From contig CAYGWK010000001.1 of NCBI GenBank assembly GCA_964353785.1, positions 26,982 to 90,981 of the forward strand: a stretch of 64,000 nucleotides of DNA, read 5' to 3'. The notes under the pieces were generated by a model. It was not told where the DNA came from and ran no database searches. It worked only from the letters and a program-made list of their open reading frames with translations. Position 1 is the stretch's first letter. The number at the start of each line of letters is the position of its first letter. The position numbers were made by a program, and so were the translations under genes. Of the stretch, positions 37,359-46,795 are shown piece after piece. This DNA is from an uncultured Gammaproteobacteria bacterium (lineage in GTDB: Bacteria > Patescibacteriota > Microgenomatia > CAYGWK01).

Positions 37359-38795
37359 ATGCTTGAGAAAATCAGGCTTAAATTAGAAAAAATTCCCTCT
37401 GAATATCGTCGTTGGTCTGCTTTTGGAGTTTTACTGGCTCTTCTTTTGGCTTTACCAATAACAGTCTGGGGCCTGACTTCTGGCAGATTTGAGGTTGGAA
37501 AAAGAGCGGTCACCAGCGAAGTTACTCCAACTCCAACATTAGGCCCAGGCAAGGTCAGAGTTTATGCTTCTAAAAGCACCCATCCCTTTGGACAACCAGG
37601 AATAATCACTCTTTCTTTGGATAACGATTCTAGAAACCGCATAAATCTTATTCAATTATTTATGACCTTTGATCCGAGAGTAATTAATTTTGGAGGGCCG
37701 GATGTCGAACTATTAATGAGCGGAGAGGCTACAACTAAGGAGGTTTTCTTCATTTCGGGAGAGAAGGCCCAACTGAGACTTATATATCCGGTTAATTATG
37801 ATCTAGGTGGCGGCTCAATCGCCAACATCCATTACATGCCGGTAAATATTGGAGTCACTCAGTTAGTTTTTGAGAATGACCTTAAAACTGGTGCTTTGGA
37901 AAATAAAGTCACCGCTGTAGGAAGTGAGGAAAATTTAATAAAAGAAATTATTGGTGGTTCAGTAACGATTGTTGCAACTCCTTCTCCAACGTCTACGCCG
38001 GTTTGTAAAACAGGCCTCAATTCATTTTCTGTCTATAATTTCTGTCCCGAGGGTTCCAGGAATGCAAGATATGTGTGTTACGATGGTTTCTCGGGAACCC
38101 TGGGCGATCCAACAAGTTGCAAATCATATGATGTTTGGAGAAGATACGCGGAAGAGGCTTGTAAAGGACACAGTTCGTGCCCGACACCGACTCCTCAACT
38201 TGGTTGTCGCCAGCCTTGCAGTTCGGATAAAAATTGTGCTCCTGGATTCAAATGTGGAACGCCCTGTCCATCGGGACAACTCTGCGCTCAATATCTTTTC
38301 TGTTACAATCCCAATTGTCCTTATGATGCAGACTGCACCTGTCCGACGCCAACTCCAACACTGAGACCTTCTCCAACCCTTATACCTTGTGTTCCTGAAG
38401 GCCAAACAATGCCGGTTTATCCTGGATATCAATGTTGTCCTGGTTTAACTGCTATCTCCACCGCCAAACCTGATCAATACGGAAATTGTCCATCGCAGCC
38501 ACCGCTTGGGGCTTCTGTTTGTGCTAAGTGCGGAAATGGAATTTGTGGGTTAGGAGAAAATAAATGTAACTGTCCTAAGGATTGCCTAGCGCTGACTCCA
38601 ATCATAACAATAATCCCAACTCCGACCCCAACACCAACCCCAAGACCGACACCAAGTCCTACACCTGGTCGTTGTCCAGGAATCTGTCTTCCCAGGATAT
38701 TTTGTAGATTAATAGGTGGCACTTGTTATTCTGGTTTTAGATGTACTGGCTGGAGAGGGATTTCTCCATGTTGCTGCTTAAGGCCAAAAAGATAA
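37359..38795 (+). CDS. Exported Cys-rich, Pro/Thr-linker surface protein with cohesin-like beta domain
   Basis: N-terminal TM, PT tracts, several Cys clusters (CGNGIC..E..CNCPKDC). Confidence 0.7.
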   Translation: MLEKIRLKLEKIPSEYRRWSAFGVLLALLLALPITVWGLTSGRFEVGKRAVTSEVTPTPTLGPGKVRVYASKSTHPFGQPGIITLSLDNDSRNRINLIQLFMTFDPRVINFGGPDVELLMSGEATTKEVFFISGEKAQLRLIYPVNYDLGGGSIANIHYMPVNIGVTQLVFENDLKTGALENKVTAVGSEENLIKEIIGGSVTIVATPSPTSTPVCKTGLNSFSVYNFCPEGSRNARYVCYDGFSGTLGDPTSCKSYDVWRRYAEEACKGHSSCPTPTPQLGCRQPCSSDKNCAPGFKCGTPCPSGQLCAQYLFCYNPNCPYDADCTCPTPTPTLRPSPTLIPCVPEGQTMPVYPGYQCCPGLTAISTAKPDQYGNCPSQPPLGASVCAKCGNGICGLGENKCNCPKDCLALTPIITIIPTPTPTPTPRPTPSPTPGRCPGICLPRIFCRLIGGTCYSGFRCTGWRGISPCCCLRPKR

Positions 38796-38842
38796 TCTTT
38801 TAGAGCCTCAATCATAGTCTCCTTCGTGGTATAATTCTACTG

Positions 38843-41743
38843 ATGGCTGAAGAGAAGAAATTAAATAAGGAGCAACTTGAGGCAGTTAAACATGGTGAAG
38901 GTCCGCTTCTGATTATTGCTGGGGCCGGAACGGGGAAAACGACGGTTATTACCGAGCGAATTAAGTGGTTGGTTTCCTCTGGGAAAGCAAAACCCGCAGA
39001 AATCCTGGCTTTAACTTTCACTGACAAAGCCGCTCGGGAAATGGAAGAACGGGTGGATATTGCCATGCCTTTAGGCTTTATCCAAATGTGGATTTCTACT
39101 TTCCACTCTTTCTGCGACCGAGTTTTGCGAGCCGAAGCCTTACATATTGGTCTTGACCCAAAATATAATCTTTTAACCGAGGCAGAAACTATTCAATTTT
39201 TACGAACCAATCTTTTTAAATTTGACTTAAAATACTTTAGACCCCTAGGAAATCCTAATAAATTTATTGCCGGCATGCTTCAACATTTCTCGCGGCTTAA
39301 AGACGAGGATGTTAGTCCGGAAGAGTACCTTAAATACGCAAATAAACAAATGTCCAATAAACAAATTTCAAATGAGGAGAAGGAGAAGACGCTTGAGTTG
39401 GCGAAAGCATATAAAACTTATGAAGAATTAAAAGTTAAAGAGGGAGTGATGGATTTTGCTGATTTAATCTCCAATACCCTAAAACTTTTTCGGACCAGAA
39501 AAAATGTTTTAAAAGAATATCAAGATAAGTTTGAATATATTTTAGTTGATGAATTTCAAGACACAAATTATGCCCAAAATGAACTAGCCATGCTTTTGGC
39601 GGGCCCGCCTGCCGGCGAGGCAAGCAAGAAAGCAAACTTGACCGTGACCGGAGATGATGACCAGAGTATTTATAGATTTCGGGGGGCAGCCGTCTCAAAT
39701 ATTATTCAATTTCGGCAAAATTATCCCAAGGCAAAAATCGTGGTTTTGACCAAAAATTATCGTTCAACTCAGGAAATTTTAGACCAGGCCTACAATTTAA
39801 TTCAAAACAATAACCCTGACAGACTTGAGGTTAAAGAAAAAATTATAAAAAAACTTGAGGCAGTCCGGAAAATAAAAGGAGGAAAAATTGGTTTTGTCAA
39901 AACCGACCGGGTAGAAAACGAGGCCGAAGCAGTGGCAGAGACAATTAAAAAGCTCCAAGCTTCAAGTTCCAATTTCAAATATTCAGATTTTGCTATTTTG
40001 ATTAGGGCAAATAATCACGCTGATGCTTTTGTCCGGGCGCTTGCCAGGGCGGGAATTCCTTATCAGTTTTTGGGTCCGGGAATGCTTTTTCGCCAGCCAG
40101 AAGTCAAGGATTTAATCGCTTATCTTAAAGTTTTATATAATTTTGAAGATTCAGTGGCCATGTATCGGATTTTGGCCATGGATTTTTTTGAAATTTCTCC
40201 TCGAGATTTGGCGGCCATTTCCAATTTCGGGCGTCGCCAGAACCTTTCCCTTTTCGAAGCTTGTGAGCAGGTCGATAAAGTCTTCGTTTCTCAAAAAACT
40301 CGGGAAACCGTAGAAAAAATAGTTAAAATGATTCATCGCCATTTAGGCTTGATTAAAAAAGAAACCGCCGGCCAGATTCTTTATTATTTTTTAGAAGATA
40401 CCGGACTCCTTCGGAAATTGGCTGAATACAAAACTCCGGTCGAGGAACGCCGGGCCCAAAATATTTCCAAATTTTTTGACAAATTAAAAACTTACGAAGT
40501 TGAACATGAAGACGCCAGCGTGTTTGTGGTTTCTGATTGGATTGACCTTTCTTTGGAACTTGGAGAATCACCTTTGGCGGCAGACATGGATTGGACTGAA
40601 GTTGATGCGGTCAATATTTTGACCGTTCATTCTAGCAAAGGCTTAGAATTTCCGATAGTTTTTTTGGTAAATTTGGTTTCCCAAAGATTTCCGACAATTG
40701 AACGAAGAGAGCAAATTCCAATTCCTGAAGCGTTAATTAAAGAAATCTTACCAGTAGGTGATTATCATCTTGAGGAGGAGCGCCGGCTTTTTTATGTGGG
40801 CATGACTCGAGCCCAAGATTTACTATTTTTGACTGCCGCAGACTTCTATGGCGAAGGAAAAAGAGAAAGAAGGCTTTCCCCATTCGTCTTTGAGACTCTG
40901 GGAGAGGAAGCAATTAAGCGATTGGGGAATTTAGCAATTGAGGAAAAGCAGTTATCTCTCCTGGAGTGGGCAAAACCAGCGGAAACATCCCGAATTATCC
41001 AATCATCTAATTATCCAATTAACTACTTATCTTTTTCCCAAATTGACACTTTTAATACCTGTCCTTTGCAATATCGTTATAAATTCATCCAGCGGATTCC
41101 TGTTCTGCCCGGAGCGGCGGCTAGTTTTGGAGATTCAATTCATAAAACTTTGCGAGATTTTTATCAAAGAGTAAAAAAGGGAGAAAAGTTAACAAAAAAA
41201 GACCTACTTAAAATCTTGGAGATTAACTGGTCATCTCAAGGATACGCCAGCAAAATCCATGAGGAAAAGATGAAAAAGGTTGGGGAGCGGATGCTGTCTG
41301 ATTTTTATGAAAAATTTGATTCAAAAATTGTTCCTCGCGATTTAGAACAATCATTTATTATCAAAGTTAGCCCAAATCTTAAAATTGGGGGAAAAATTGA
41401 CAGGATTGATGAAAAAGAAGGAAAAATTGAGATTATTGACTATAAGACCGGCAAGATTTTAGAGCAAAAAGATATTGATAAATCCTTACAGATGACGGTT
41501 TATGCCTTGGCCGCCACTGATAAAGGGCTTTACGACAAAAAACCAGAAGAGGTAGTCTTAACTTTTTATTTTCTGGAGAATTTAGAAAAGAAATCAACAA
41601 AAAGAACAGTAGAACAGTTAAAACAGGCTAAAAGCCAGCTTCTTGAAAAGGCAAAAGAAATTGAAAAAAGTACCTTTGAACCAACCCCTGGAGTTTGGTG
41701 TGATTTTTGCGACTTCAAACTAATCTGCGAAGCCTGGCAATAA
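38843..41743 (+). CDS. UvrD/PcrA-type helicase fused to a PD-(D/E)XK nuclease with Fe-S Cys motif (AdnAB-like)
   Basis: AGAGTGKT, DEFQD, EERRLFYV, IDRID..IIDYKTG, CP..CDFC..C. Confidence 0.92.
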   Translation: MAEEKKLNKEQLEAVKHGEGPLLIIAGAGTGKTTVITERIKWLVSSGKAKPAEILALTFTDKAAREMEERVDIAMPLGFIQMWISTFHSFCDRVLRAEALHIGLDPKYNLLTEAETIQFLRTNLFKFDLKYFRPLGNPNKFIAGMLQHFSRLKDEDVSPEEYLKYANKQMSNKQISNEEKEKTLELAKAYKTYEELKVKEGVMDFADLISNTLKLFRTRKNVLKEYQDKFEYILVDEFQDTNYAQNELAMLLAGPPAGEASKKANLTVTGDDDQSIYRFRGAAVSNIIQFRQNYPKAKIVVLTKNYRSTQEILDQAYNLIQNNNPDRLEVKEKIIKKLEAVRKIKGGKIGFVKTDRVENEAEAVAETIKKLQASSSNFKYSDFAILIRANNHADAFVRALARAGIPYQFLGPGMLFRQPEVKDLIAYLKVLYNFEDSVAMYRILAMDFFEISPRDLAAISNFGRRQNLSLFEACEQVDKVFVSQKTRETVEKIVKMIHRHLGLIKKETAGQILYYFLEDTGLLRKLAEYKTPVEERRAQNISKFFDKLKTYEVEHEDASVFVVSDWIDLSLELGESPLAADMDWTEVDAVNILTVHSSKGLEFPIVFLVNLVSQRFPTIERREQIPIPEALIKEILPVGDYHLEEERRLFYVGMTRAQDLLFLTAADFYGEGKRERRLSPFVFETLGEEAIKRLGNLAIEEKQLSLLEWAKPAETSRIIQSSNYPINYLSFSQIDTFNTCPLQYRYKFIQRIPVLPGAAASFGDSIHKTLRDFYQRVKKGEKLTKKDLLKILEINWSSQGYASKIHEEKMKKVGERMLSDFYEKFDSKIVPRDLEQSFIIKVSPNLKIGGKIDRIDEKEGKIEIIDYKTGKILEQKDIDKSLQMTVYALAATDKGLYDKKPEEVVLTFYFLENLEKKSTKRTVEQLKQAKSQLLEKAKEIEKSTFEPTPGVWCDFCDFKLICEAWQ

Positions 41744-42542
41744 TTGGATTATAGAATTTTGTGAAACTTTCTGGATATTCAATTTCTTTCCCTCCAAAAC
41801 TTTTCTTAAAATGAGAAAAACCGAGCCAGGATTTTTGGGGAAATCTTTCGTCATAAATTCCCTCAAAATCAAAAACTTCACAATTTTTTCTTTTTGCTAA
41901 TTTTATTGCTTCCCAGACAACTAAATATGGAGCAGATAATTTTCGTCCTTCGGGAGTTGAGGCGGCGTGGAAATAATAAGCAGTTTTGTCAGAGAATAAG
42001 ATTAGGGCACCAGCGAGAGGATGGCGAGACGTGATACGTGATATGTGATATGTAAGAAAGAGATGAGCGTTTTTACCAAAAGCCTGATAAATACTTCTAA
42101 TTTCTTTGCCAAAAGGAATCCAGAAACCGCGACGAAGGGCATTTTTATGCCAGATTTTAATAAATAATTCGATATCTTCGGATTGTTTGACAATGATTTT
42201 ATTGCGAAGCAACAAACTTTGTTTATTTTTTTCTGCTTTTCTGATTTCATAGCGAGCATCTTTTTTAAATTGAGCAAAAATTTTTTCTTCAGATTGAGTT
42301 AAGTCTACCTGAAGAGTTTTTGTGGGAGAATAATTTATTTGAACAGCAAAGGCATGATATTTTTTAGCAAGACTTTCAAGTTTTTTTGCTGAAATTTTAG
42401 ATGGTAGTCGCTGGATTTTAATAAAATTACCAAGAATTGGAAGATGGCGAATATAAAATCGGAAGTTTTTTTCTTTACCGACAATCCAGTTGATTTTCTC
42501 CATAAAACAGGCAAATTCAGAAGATTGGCGTAAGTCTTGCAT
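41715..42542 (-). CDS. FemABX-family peptidoglycan bridge aminoacyltransferase
   Basis: QS..F, RYEIRKA, FDFEG and GFSHFKKSFGG motifs. Confidence 0.88.
   Translation of the reverse strand: MQDLRQSSEFACFMEKINWIVGKEKNFRFYIRHLPILGNFIKIQRLPSKISAKKLESLAKKYHAFAVQINYSPTKTLQVDLTQSEEKIFAQFKKDARYEIRKAEKNKQSLLLRNKIIVKQSEDIELFIKIWHKNALRRGFWIPFGKEIRSIYQAFGKNAHLFLTYHISRITSRHPLAGALILFSDKTAYYFHAASTPEGRKLSAPYLVVWEAIKLAKRKNCEVFDFEGIYDERFPQKSWLGFSHFKKSFGGKEIEYPESFTKFYNPIIARLRRLV
42198..42227 (-). repeat. 24-bp element, copy 3 (in frame in fem gene)
   Basis: AATAAA-CAAAGTTTGTTGCTTCGC-AATAAA, encoding NK-QSLLLR-NK. Confidence 0.92.
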
Positions 42543-42547
42543 GTCTT

Positions 42548-42739
42548 GTGAGTAATTTGGCTCGGTAACGAATTTATTACTTGGATTTAGAGATGGCTGC
42601 CCTGCGGGGCACCAGCTCGCGATTGGGAAATTCCAAAACTCAAGTTGTGTTCTGCGGGATCGCGGCTTGCCACATAAATCCTGCGCAAAAATTGTTACCT
42701 CGCCACCTTATTAAACCTTCGCAAAAGTTATATCCTCAC
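42548..42739. ncRNA. Candidate structured RNA, family unknown
   Basis: Nested complementary segments across the whole intergenic region; GC-richer than its flanks. Confidence 0.5.
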
Positions 42740-42749
42740 CCTTTTTGTT

Positions 42750-43769
42750 TTATATTGATATTCTTGCTTTTGTTCTTAAAAATATCCAGCGGAATTTGTC
42801 AGCCAGATTGTAGAAAGGATAAAGATAGGGATTTAAAACTAAGTCATAAGTGCCGATAAATTCGATAAGCTCGGGAGAGAATCCAAGCTTAAAGCGGTGG
42901 AAACCAAACCAGGGATCAGATGGCAGAGGATTAGGTCCTGGAGTCCCCCAAAGGTCAAAAATCTTACATTTTTGTCTTTTGCCAAATTGAATTGCTTCCC
43001 ACATCATGGCGTAGGAAGGCATGACCTCTCTATGTTCTCGGGAGGAGCCACCATAAGGGTAATATAAAACTTTATTGAAAACAAAGACAATCCAGGTGAC
43101 TAAAGGCTTTCCTTTATATTTGGCCACCAGGAGATGAGCAATACCTGAAGGATTAAGAATTTCCCACATTTTTCGGTGATACTTGGGAGTATGAGCATAA
43201 AATCCTTGTCTTTTGGTTGTTTCTAAAAGAAGTTTTAAGTGGGTTTCAAACGCCTCTGGAGAATTTTCTTCGGTCACGGTCACCCCATATTTTTGAGCGA
43301 GCCGAAGATTATAGCGAGTTTTGGAATGCATTGCCGTTATAAATTCTTCATTTTTTTTGCTCAAATCAAGCCAGAAAGTATATTTGGGAAAATTGGGCTT
43401 TCCCATCCGACAGTTATTCTCCAAAAGAAATTTTTCAATGTTTTCAAAACCCGAGGCTTTCTGAACTGCCGGCTCCATTTTGACAAAAATGGCATTTTCC
43501 TGCCTTCCAATTTTTGCTAAAGACTGAAGCATTGGTTTGTCAGGAAGCGGGCCTTTGGGAAGGTAAATAATTGAATAAGAAGTGTGGGGAATTGGGTGGA
43601 CGGTTGCTTGATAACCGGAAATTAATTTTTTACCCTCAAAAACTCCAAGTCTTAAGACTTTTTGCCCTAAATTTTCCCGAAACTCTCCCCATTCCCAAGA
43701 TTGGAGAGGATGAAGAGCAAAAGAATTGAAAGCGGATTTTTCTACATCTTGAACTTCACGAATGAGCAT
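42750..43769 (-). CDS. FemABX-family (FemX-like) aminoacyltransferase
   Basis: HPLQSWEWG, KTRYNLRLA, FDLWG and GFHRFKLGF motifs. Confidence 0.92.
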   Translation of the reverse strand: MLIREVQDVEKSAFNSFALHPLQSWEWGEFRENLGQKVLRLGVFEGKKLISGYQATVHPIPHTSYSIIYLPKGPLPDKPMLQSLAKIGRQENAIFVKMEPAVQKASGFENIEKFLLENNCRMGKPNFPKYTFWLDLSKKNEEFITAMHSKTRYNLRLAQKYGVTVTEENSPEAFETHLKLLLETTKRQGFYAHTPKYHRKMWEILNPSGIAHLLVAKYKGKPLVTWIVFVFNKVLYYPYGGSSREHREVMPSYAMMWEAIQFGKRQKCKIFDLWGTPGPNPLPSDPWFGFHRFKLGFSPELIEFIGTYDLVLNPYLYPFYNLADKFRWIFLRTKARISI

Positions 43770-43808
43770 ATCTATTCTAATTGTATCACTTAAGATATAA
43801 TATCACTC

Positions 43809-44759
43809 ATGACAAAAAAGAAAATCTTTTTGGCTTTGGGAATTTTGGGGCTAGTAATACTGTTTGCGGCCTCGGCGATTTTTGGATTTTTCTTTTTTTA
43901 TAAACAAAGTTTGTTGCTTCGCAATAAAGGAAAAGAAAGGGTAAATCTTCTCTTTTTGGGCGAATCTGGTCCAGGACACCAAGGAGCAACCTTGACCGAT
44001 ACAATAATTTTTACCTCGGTCTCAAAAAAAGGAACAGTTTTGTTGTCCATTCCCCGGGATATTTGGTACCAACCATTACAGACAAAAATTAATTCTTTAT
44101 ATTTTTATGGAGGTTTAGCTCAAGAGGAAGAGGTGATGGGGGAAATTTTAGGACAAAGAATTGATACAGTGGTGTTAGTTGATTTCGACACCTTTGTTAA
44201 AACAATTGATTTTTTAGGAGGAATAGATGTTTATGTGGAAGGGACATTTGATGATTTTAAATATCCAATTCCTGGAAAAGAGGAGGATTTATGTGGCGGC
44301 GACAAAACTTTTGCTTGCCGATATGAGCATATTCATTTCGAGGCCGGCTTAAAACACTTGGATGGACAAACTGTCTTAAAATTTGTCCGTTCCCGCAATG
44401 CCATAGGTGACGAGGGGACAGATTATGCCAGGTCTCGCCGGCAGCAAAAAGTAATTGCTGCCTTAAAGAGCAAGATTTTTTCACCCTGGTTTTTGTCTAA
44501 GCCGGGAAATATTTTAGGTCTTTGGAAAGTTTTAAACCAGGGACTTAAAACTGATTTTAAAATCGATGATTTAATTCCTTTGGTAAAAATTTTGGCTACT
44601 CCTTCTTCAAGAAAAATGAGTACCTTTGTTTTGGATGGATGGGAGACAGCTGAAGGATATTTATATCATCCTCAAAAACATTCTTCTGGGCAATGGGTTC
44701 TTTTGCCTGTTGGGGAAAGCTGGGAAGGGATTCACAGTTTTGTGGAATCAATCTTGTAA
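43809..44759 (+). CDS. LCP (LytR-CpsA-Psr) family protein
   Basis: TDTII, SIPRD, FVRSR and D.ARSRRQQ motifs. Confidence 0.92.
   Translation: MTKKKIFLALGILGLVILFAASAIFGFFFFYKQSLLLRNKGKERVNLLFLGESGPGHQGATLTDTIIFTSVSKKGTVLLSIPRDIWYQPLQTKINSLYFYGGLAQEEEVMGEILGQRIDTVVLVDFDTFVKTIDFLGGIDVYVEGTFDDFKYPIPGKEEDLCGGDKTFACRYEHIHFEAGLKHLDGQTVLKFVRSRNAIGDEGTDYARSRRQQKVIAALKSKIFSPWFLSKPGNILGLWKVLNQGLKTDFKIDDLIPLVKILATPSSRKMSTFVLDGWETAEGYLYHPQKHSSGQWVLLPVGESWEGIHSFVESIL
43899..43928 (+). repeat. 24-bp element, copy 4 (in frame in LCP)
   Basis: TATAAA-CAAAGTTTGTTGCTTCGC-AATAAA, encoding YK-QSLLLR-NK. Confidence 0.92.
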
Positions 44760-46795
44760 ATCTTGGTCTTTCCTGATTGAAAAACAATTTCTCCAATTTG
44801 AGCAAATTTTTCTTCAGAAATTTTATACTTTTCTCTTTCTTTCTCTCCGACAAAAATATATTGGACGTTATATTTTTTAATTAAATCTAAAGCCTGATCT
44901 TTATTCTTTGTTTCATAAATTGCTTGGACTTCGTTTGCTCTTTTTCCTGGCTCATCAAAACTTCCTCGCCAGAGCCATTCATGAACTAACCAGCCCTCAA
45001 TTGTTGGTAGTCCAGTTAGGGCAGAGACTCGGTTAAAAAGAGTGTAACTGTCTCCGCTTGCCTCTAAAACTACTAGTTGATTCTTAATATTTTTGTTTAA
45101 CCAGGTAATTGCTTGATAATCATCTGGAGAGGTTCTTTTTAAAAATGAAAGACCATATAAGCCATGATAAATTTTTAAATTACCATAATATGAATTAATG
45201 GCAAAGTAGGGATAAATAAAAACAAAAGTAAAAAGTAAAAAGTAAAAAGCAAAAAGCATAAATTTTAAAACTTTCTTTTTTAACGAAGTGAGAATTTGAA
45301 CAATGATGTATCCTGAAGCGAGAGCGTACATCATAAAAGATTGGTAAACCAGTTTAAACATGGTGTTGGCGCGATGATAAGAGGGAATATAGATATCCTT
45401 AACATAGAAAAATTCTGGGATAATGATTAAAAAGGTGGCAACAGAAATAAGAATTAAGATAAAGATGTCAGGAATTTGTAATTGGGAATTAGTGATTCTT
45501 TTCTTGAGAACCAGGAAAATAATAAAACTTAAAAAAATTATCCATTGATAACCCCATAAAACCAAAAGTTGCCAGAAAGGAGAGTGGGCATTAACTGAGG
45601 CAATTCCCTTAGCGATTTGGGAAAAGGAAAGATTAAAGGGAAGAGAGAAGAGAATACTACCAGTAAGTACCAATACTACCAACCCGCCTGCCAGCGCCTT
45701 CGGCGCAAGCCGATGGCGGGCAGGTAAACCAATATTTAAAAATGATTTATAGAAAATTGTTGCTCCTAAAATTGAAAAATAAATCGGAAAATCCCAAGAA
45801 TTGGTCATATATAAGACGCCCAGGAGCAAAGATATAAAGATATAAAGAGATAAGGAGGGTTTCTTGGACGCAAAAATAGTGAAGACTGTTGCGAGAAATA
45901 AAAGAACAAAGGGAATATTAGAGACGTGCCCATGTAGGTCGGAAACCACAAAGGAATAAATAGGAAATTCGTGAATAGTGTTATCGATTGCCCCAAATTT
46001 TTCCACAATAAACCGGGTAGCATCAGGATACCAATAAGCGGCAAAATTGAAATTATGGGTTAAAAACCACCAAAAGGCATGAAGATTGCCACCCAGGGTT
46101 AATAAAAAGGCAGAGAGTAGACCGCCAATAAATACCAATTTCCAATAATTACCAATTTTCAATTTCAAATGAAATATGAGATTTGATGCCAGGGAGAATG
46201 TACCCGTAAAAGTTAGGGCGAAAATGGTAGCAATCATTAGGTTGTAGGTAATAGCTGGATCTATTCCGGAAAGTTTTGTTAAAACAGCGGCCACCAAATG
46301 CCCGAAATAATAATAGTTAATGGTTTTTCCGGCCATCCACATATCCAAAGGAGGAAAATATTGACTGCGGAGAATAGAATTAACAAATCCGAAATCCATA
46401 AATTTCTCAAGTCCCTCAATATCAGGTTGAAAACCACGGATAAAAGACCAAGAGGTTAGGGCGACAAAGAAAAGAATTTCTTCAAAAAATAAAATCTTCC
46501 AGGATTTTTTAAGAGACGTCTTAAACTCTCCCTCGTTTTTCTTAGCCAAAATTATATTTAGTCCTGCCAGAACTAAAACTGTAAGCCAAATAGTTGGAGT
46601 TCCGAAAGGAAGAAGATGAAGGCTGCCCAAAAGCCAGACAAAATAACTGACTAGCAAAATGGCAATTATTTTTGAAAATGAATATCCAAGGTCAAAAAAT
46701 TTTTTGAAAAACCACCAAGTTAGGGGCAAAAAAGCCACCCCTAATCCGAAAAGTAAAAACCACCAAGAAAAAATTATGAAAAAATCAGAAATCAT
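44732..46795 (-). CDS. DUF2298 ('YYY') GT-C-like membrane protein
   Basis: EKFMD, INYYYFG, EFP..DLHGH and NTMFK motifs. Confidence 0.85.
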   Translation of the reverse strand: MISDFFIIFSWWFLLFGLGVAFLPLTWWFFKKFFDLGYSFSKIIAILLVSYFVWLLGSLHLLPFGTPTIWLTVLVLAGLNIILAKKNEGEFKTSLKKSWKILFFEEILFFVALTSWSFIRGFQPDIEGLEKFMDFGFVNSILRSQYFPPLDMWMAGKTINYYYFGHLVAAVLTKLSGIDPAITYNLMIATIFALTFTGTFSLASNLIFHLKLKIGNYWKLVFIGGLLSAFLLTLGGNLHAFWWFLTHNFNFAAYWYPDATRFIVEKFGAIDNTIHEFPIYSFVVSDLHGHVSNIPFVLLFLATVFTIFASKKPSLSLYIFISLLLGVLYMTNSWDFPIYFSILGATIFYKSFLNIGLPARHRLAPKALAGGLVVLVLTGSILFSLPFNLSFSQIAKGIASVNAHSPFWQLLVLWGYQWIIFLSFIIFLVLKKRITNSQLQIPDIFILILISVATFLIIIPEFFYVKDIYIPSYHRANTMFKLVYQSFMMYALASGYIIVQILTSLKKKVLKFMLFAFYFLLFTFVFIYPYFAINSYYGNLKIYHGLYGLSFLKRTSPDDYQAITWLNKNIKNQLVVLEASGDSYTLFNRVSALTGLPTIEGWLVHEWLWRGSFDEPGKRANEVQAIYETKNKDQALDLIKKYNVQYIFVGEKEREKYKISEEKFAQIGEIVFQSGKTKIYKIDSTKL
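45682..45729 (-). repeat. REP-like nested palindrome inserted in frame
   Basis: GTTTACCTGCCCGCCA..GCGCCGAAGGCGC.TGGCAGGCGGGT, encoding LPARHRLAPKALAGG. Confidence 0.75.

Noticed and set aside
42548-42739. tmRNA, SRP, RNase P, T-box or known riboswitch assignment
   Set aside because: Their conserved sequence motifs were not found by eye; left unassigned pending a covariance-model search.
42581-42859. 92-aa ORF across the fem intergenic region
   Set aside because: TTG start with no SD or -10, antisense overlap with fem, no protein-like features; an RNA structure explains the region better.
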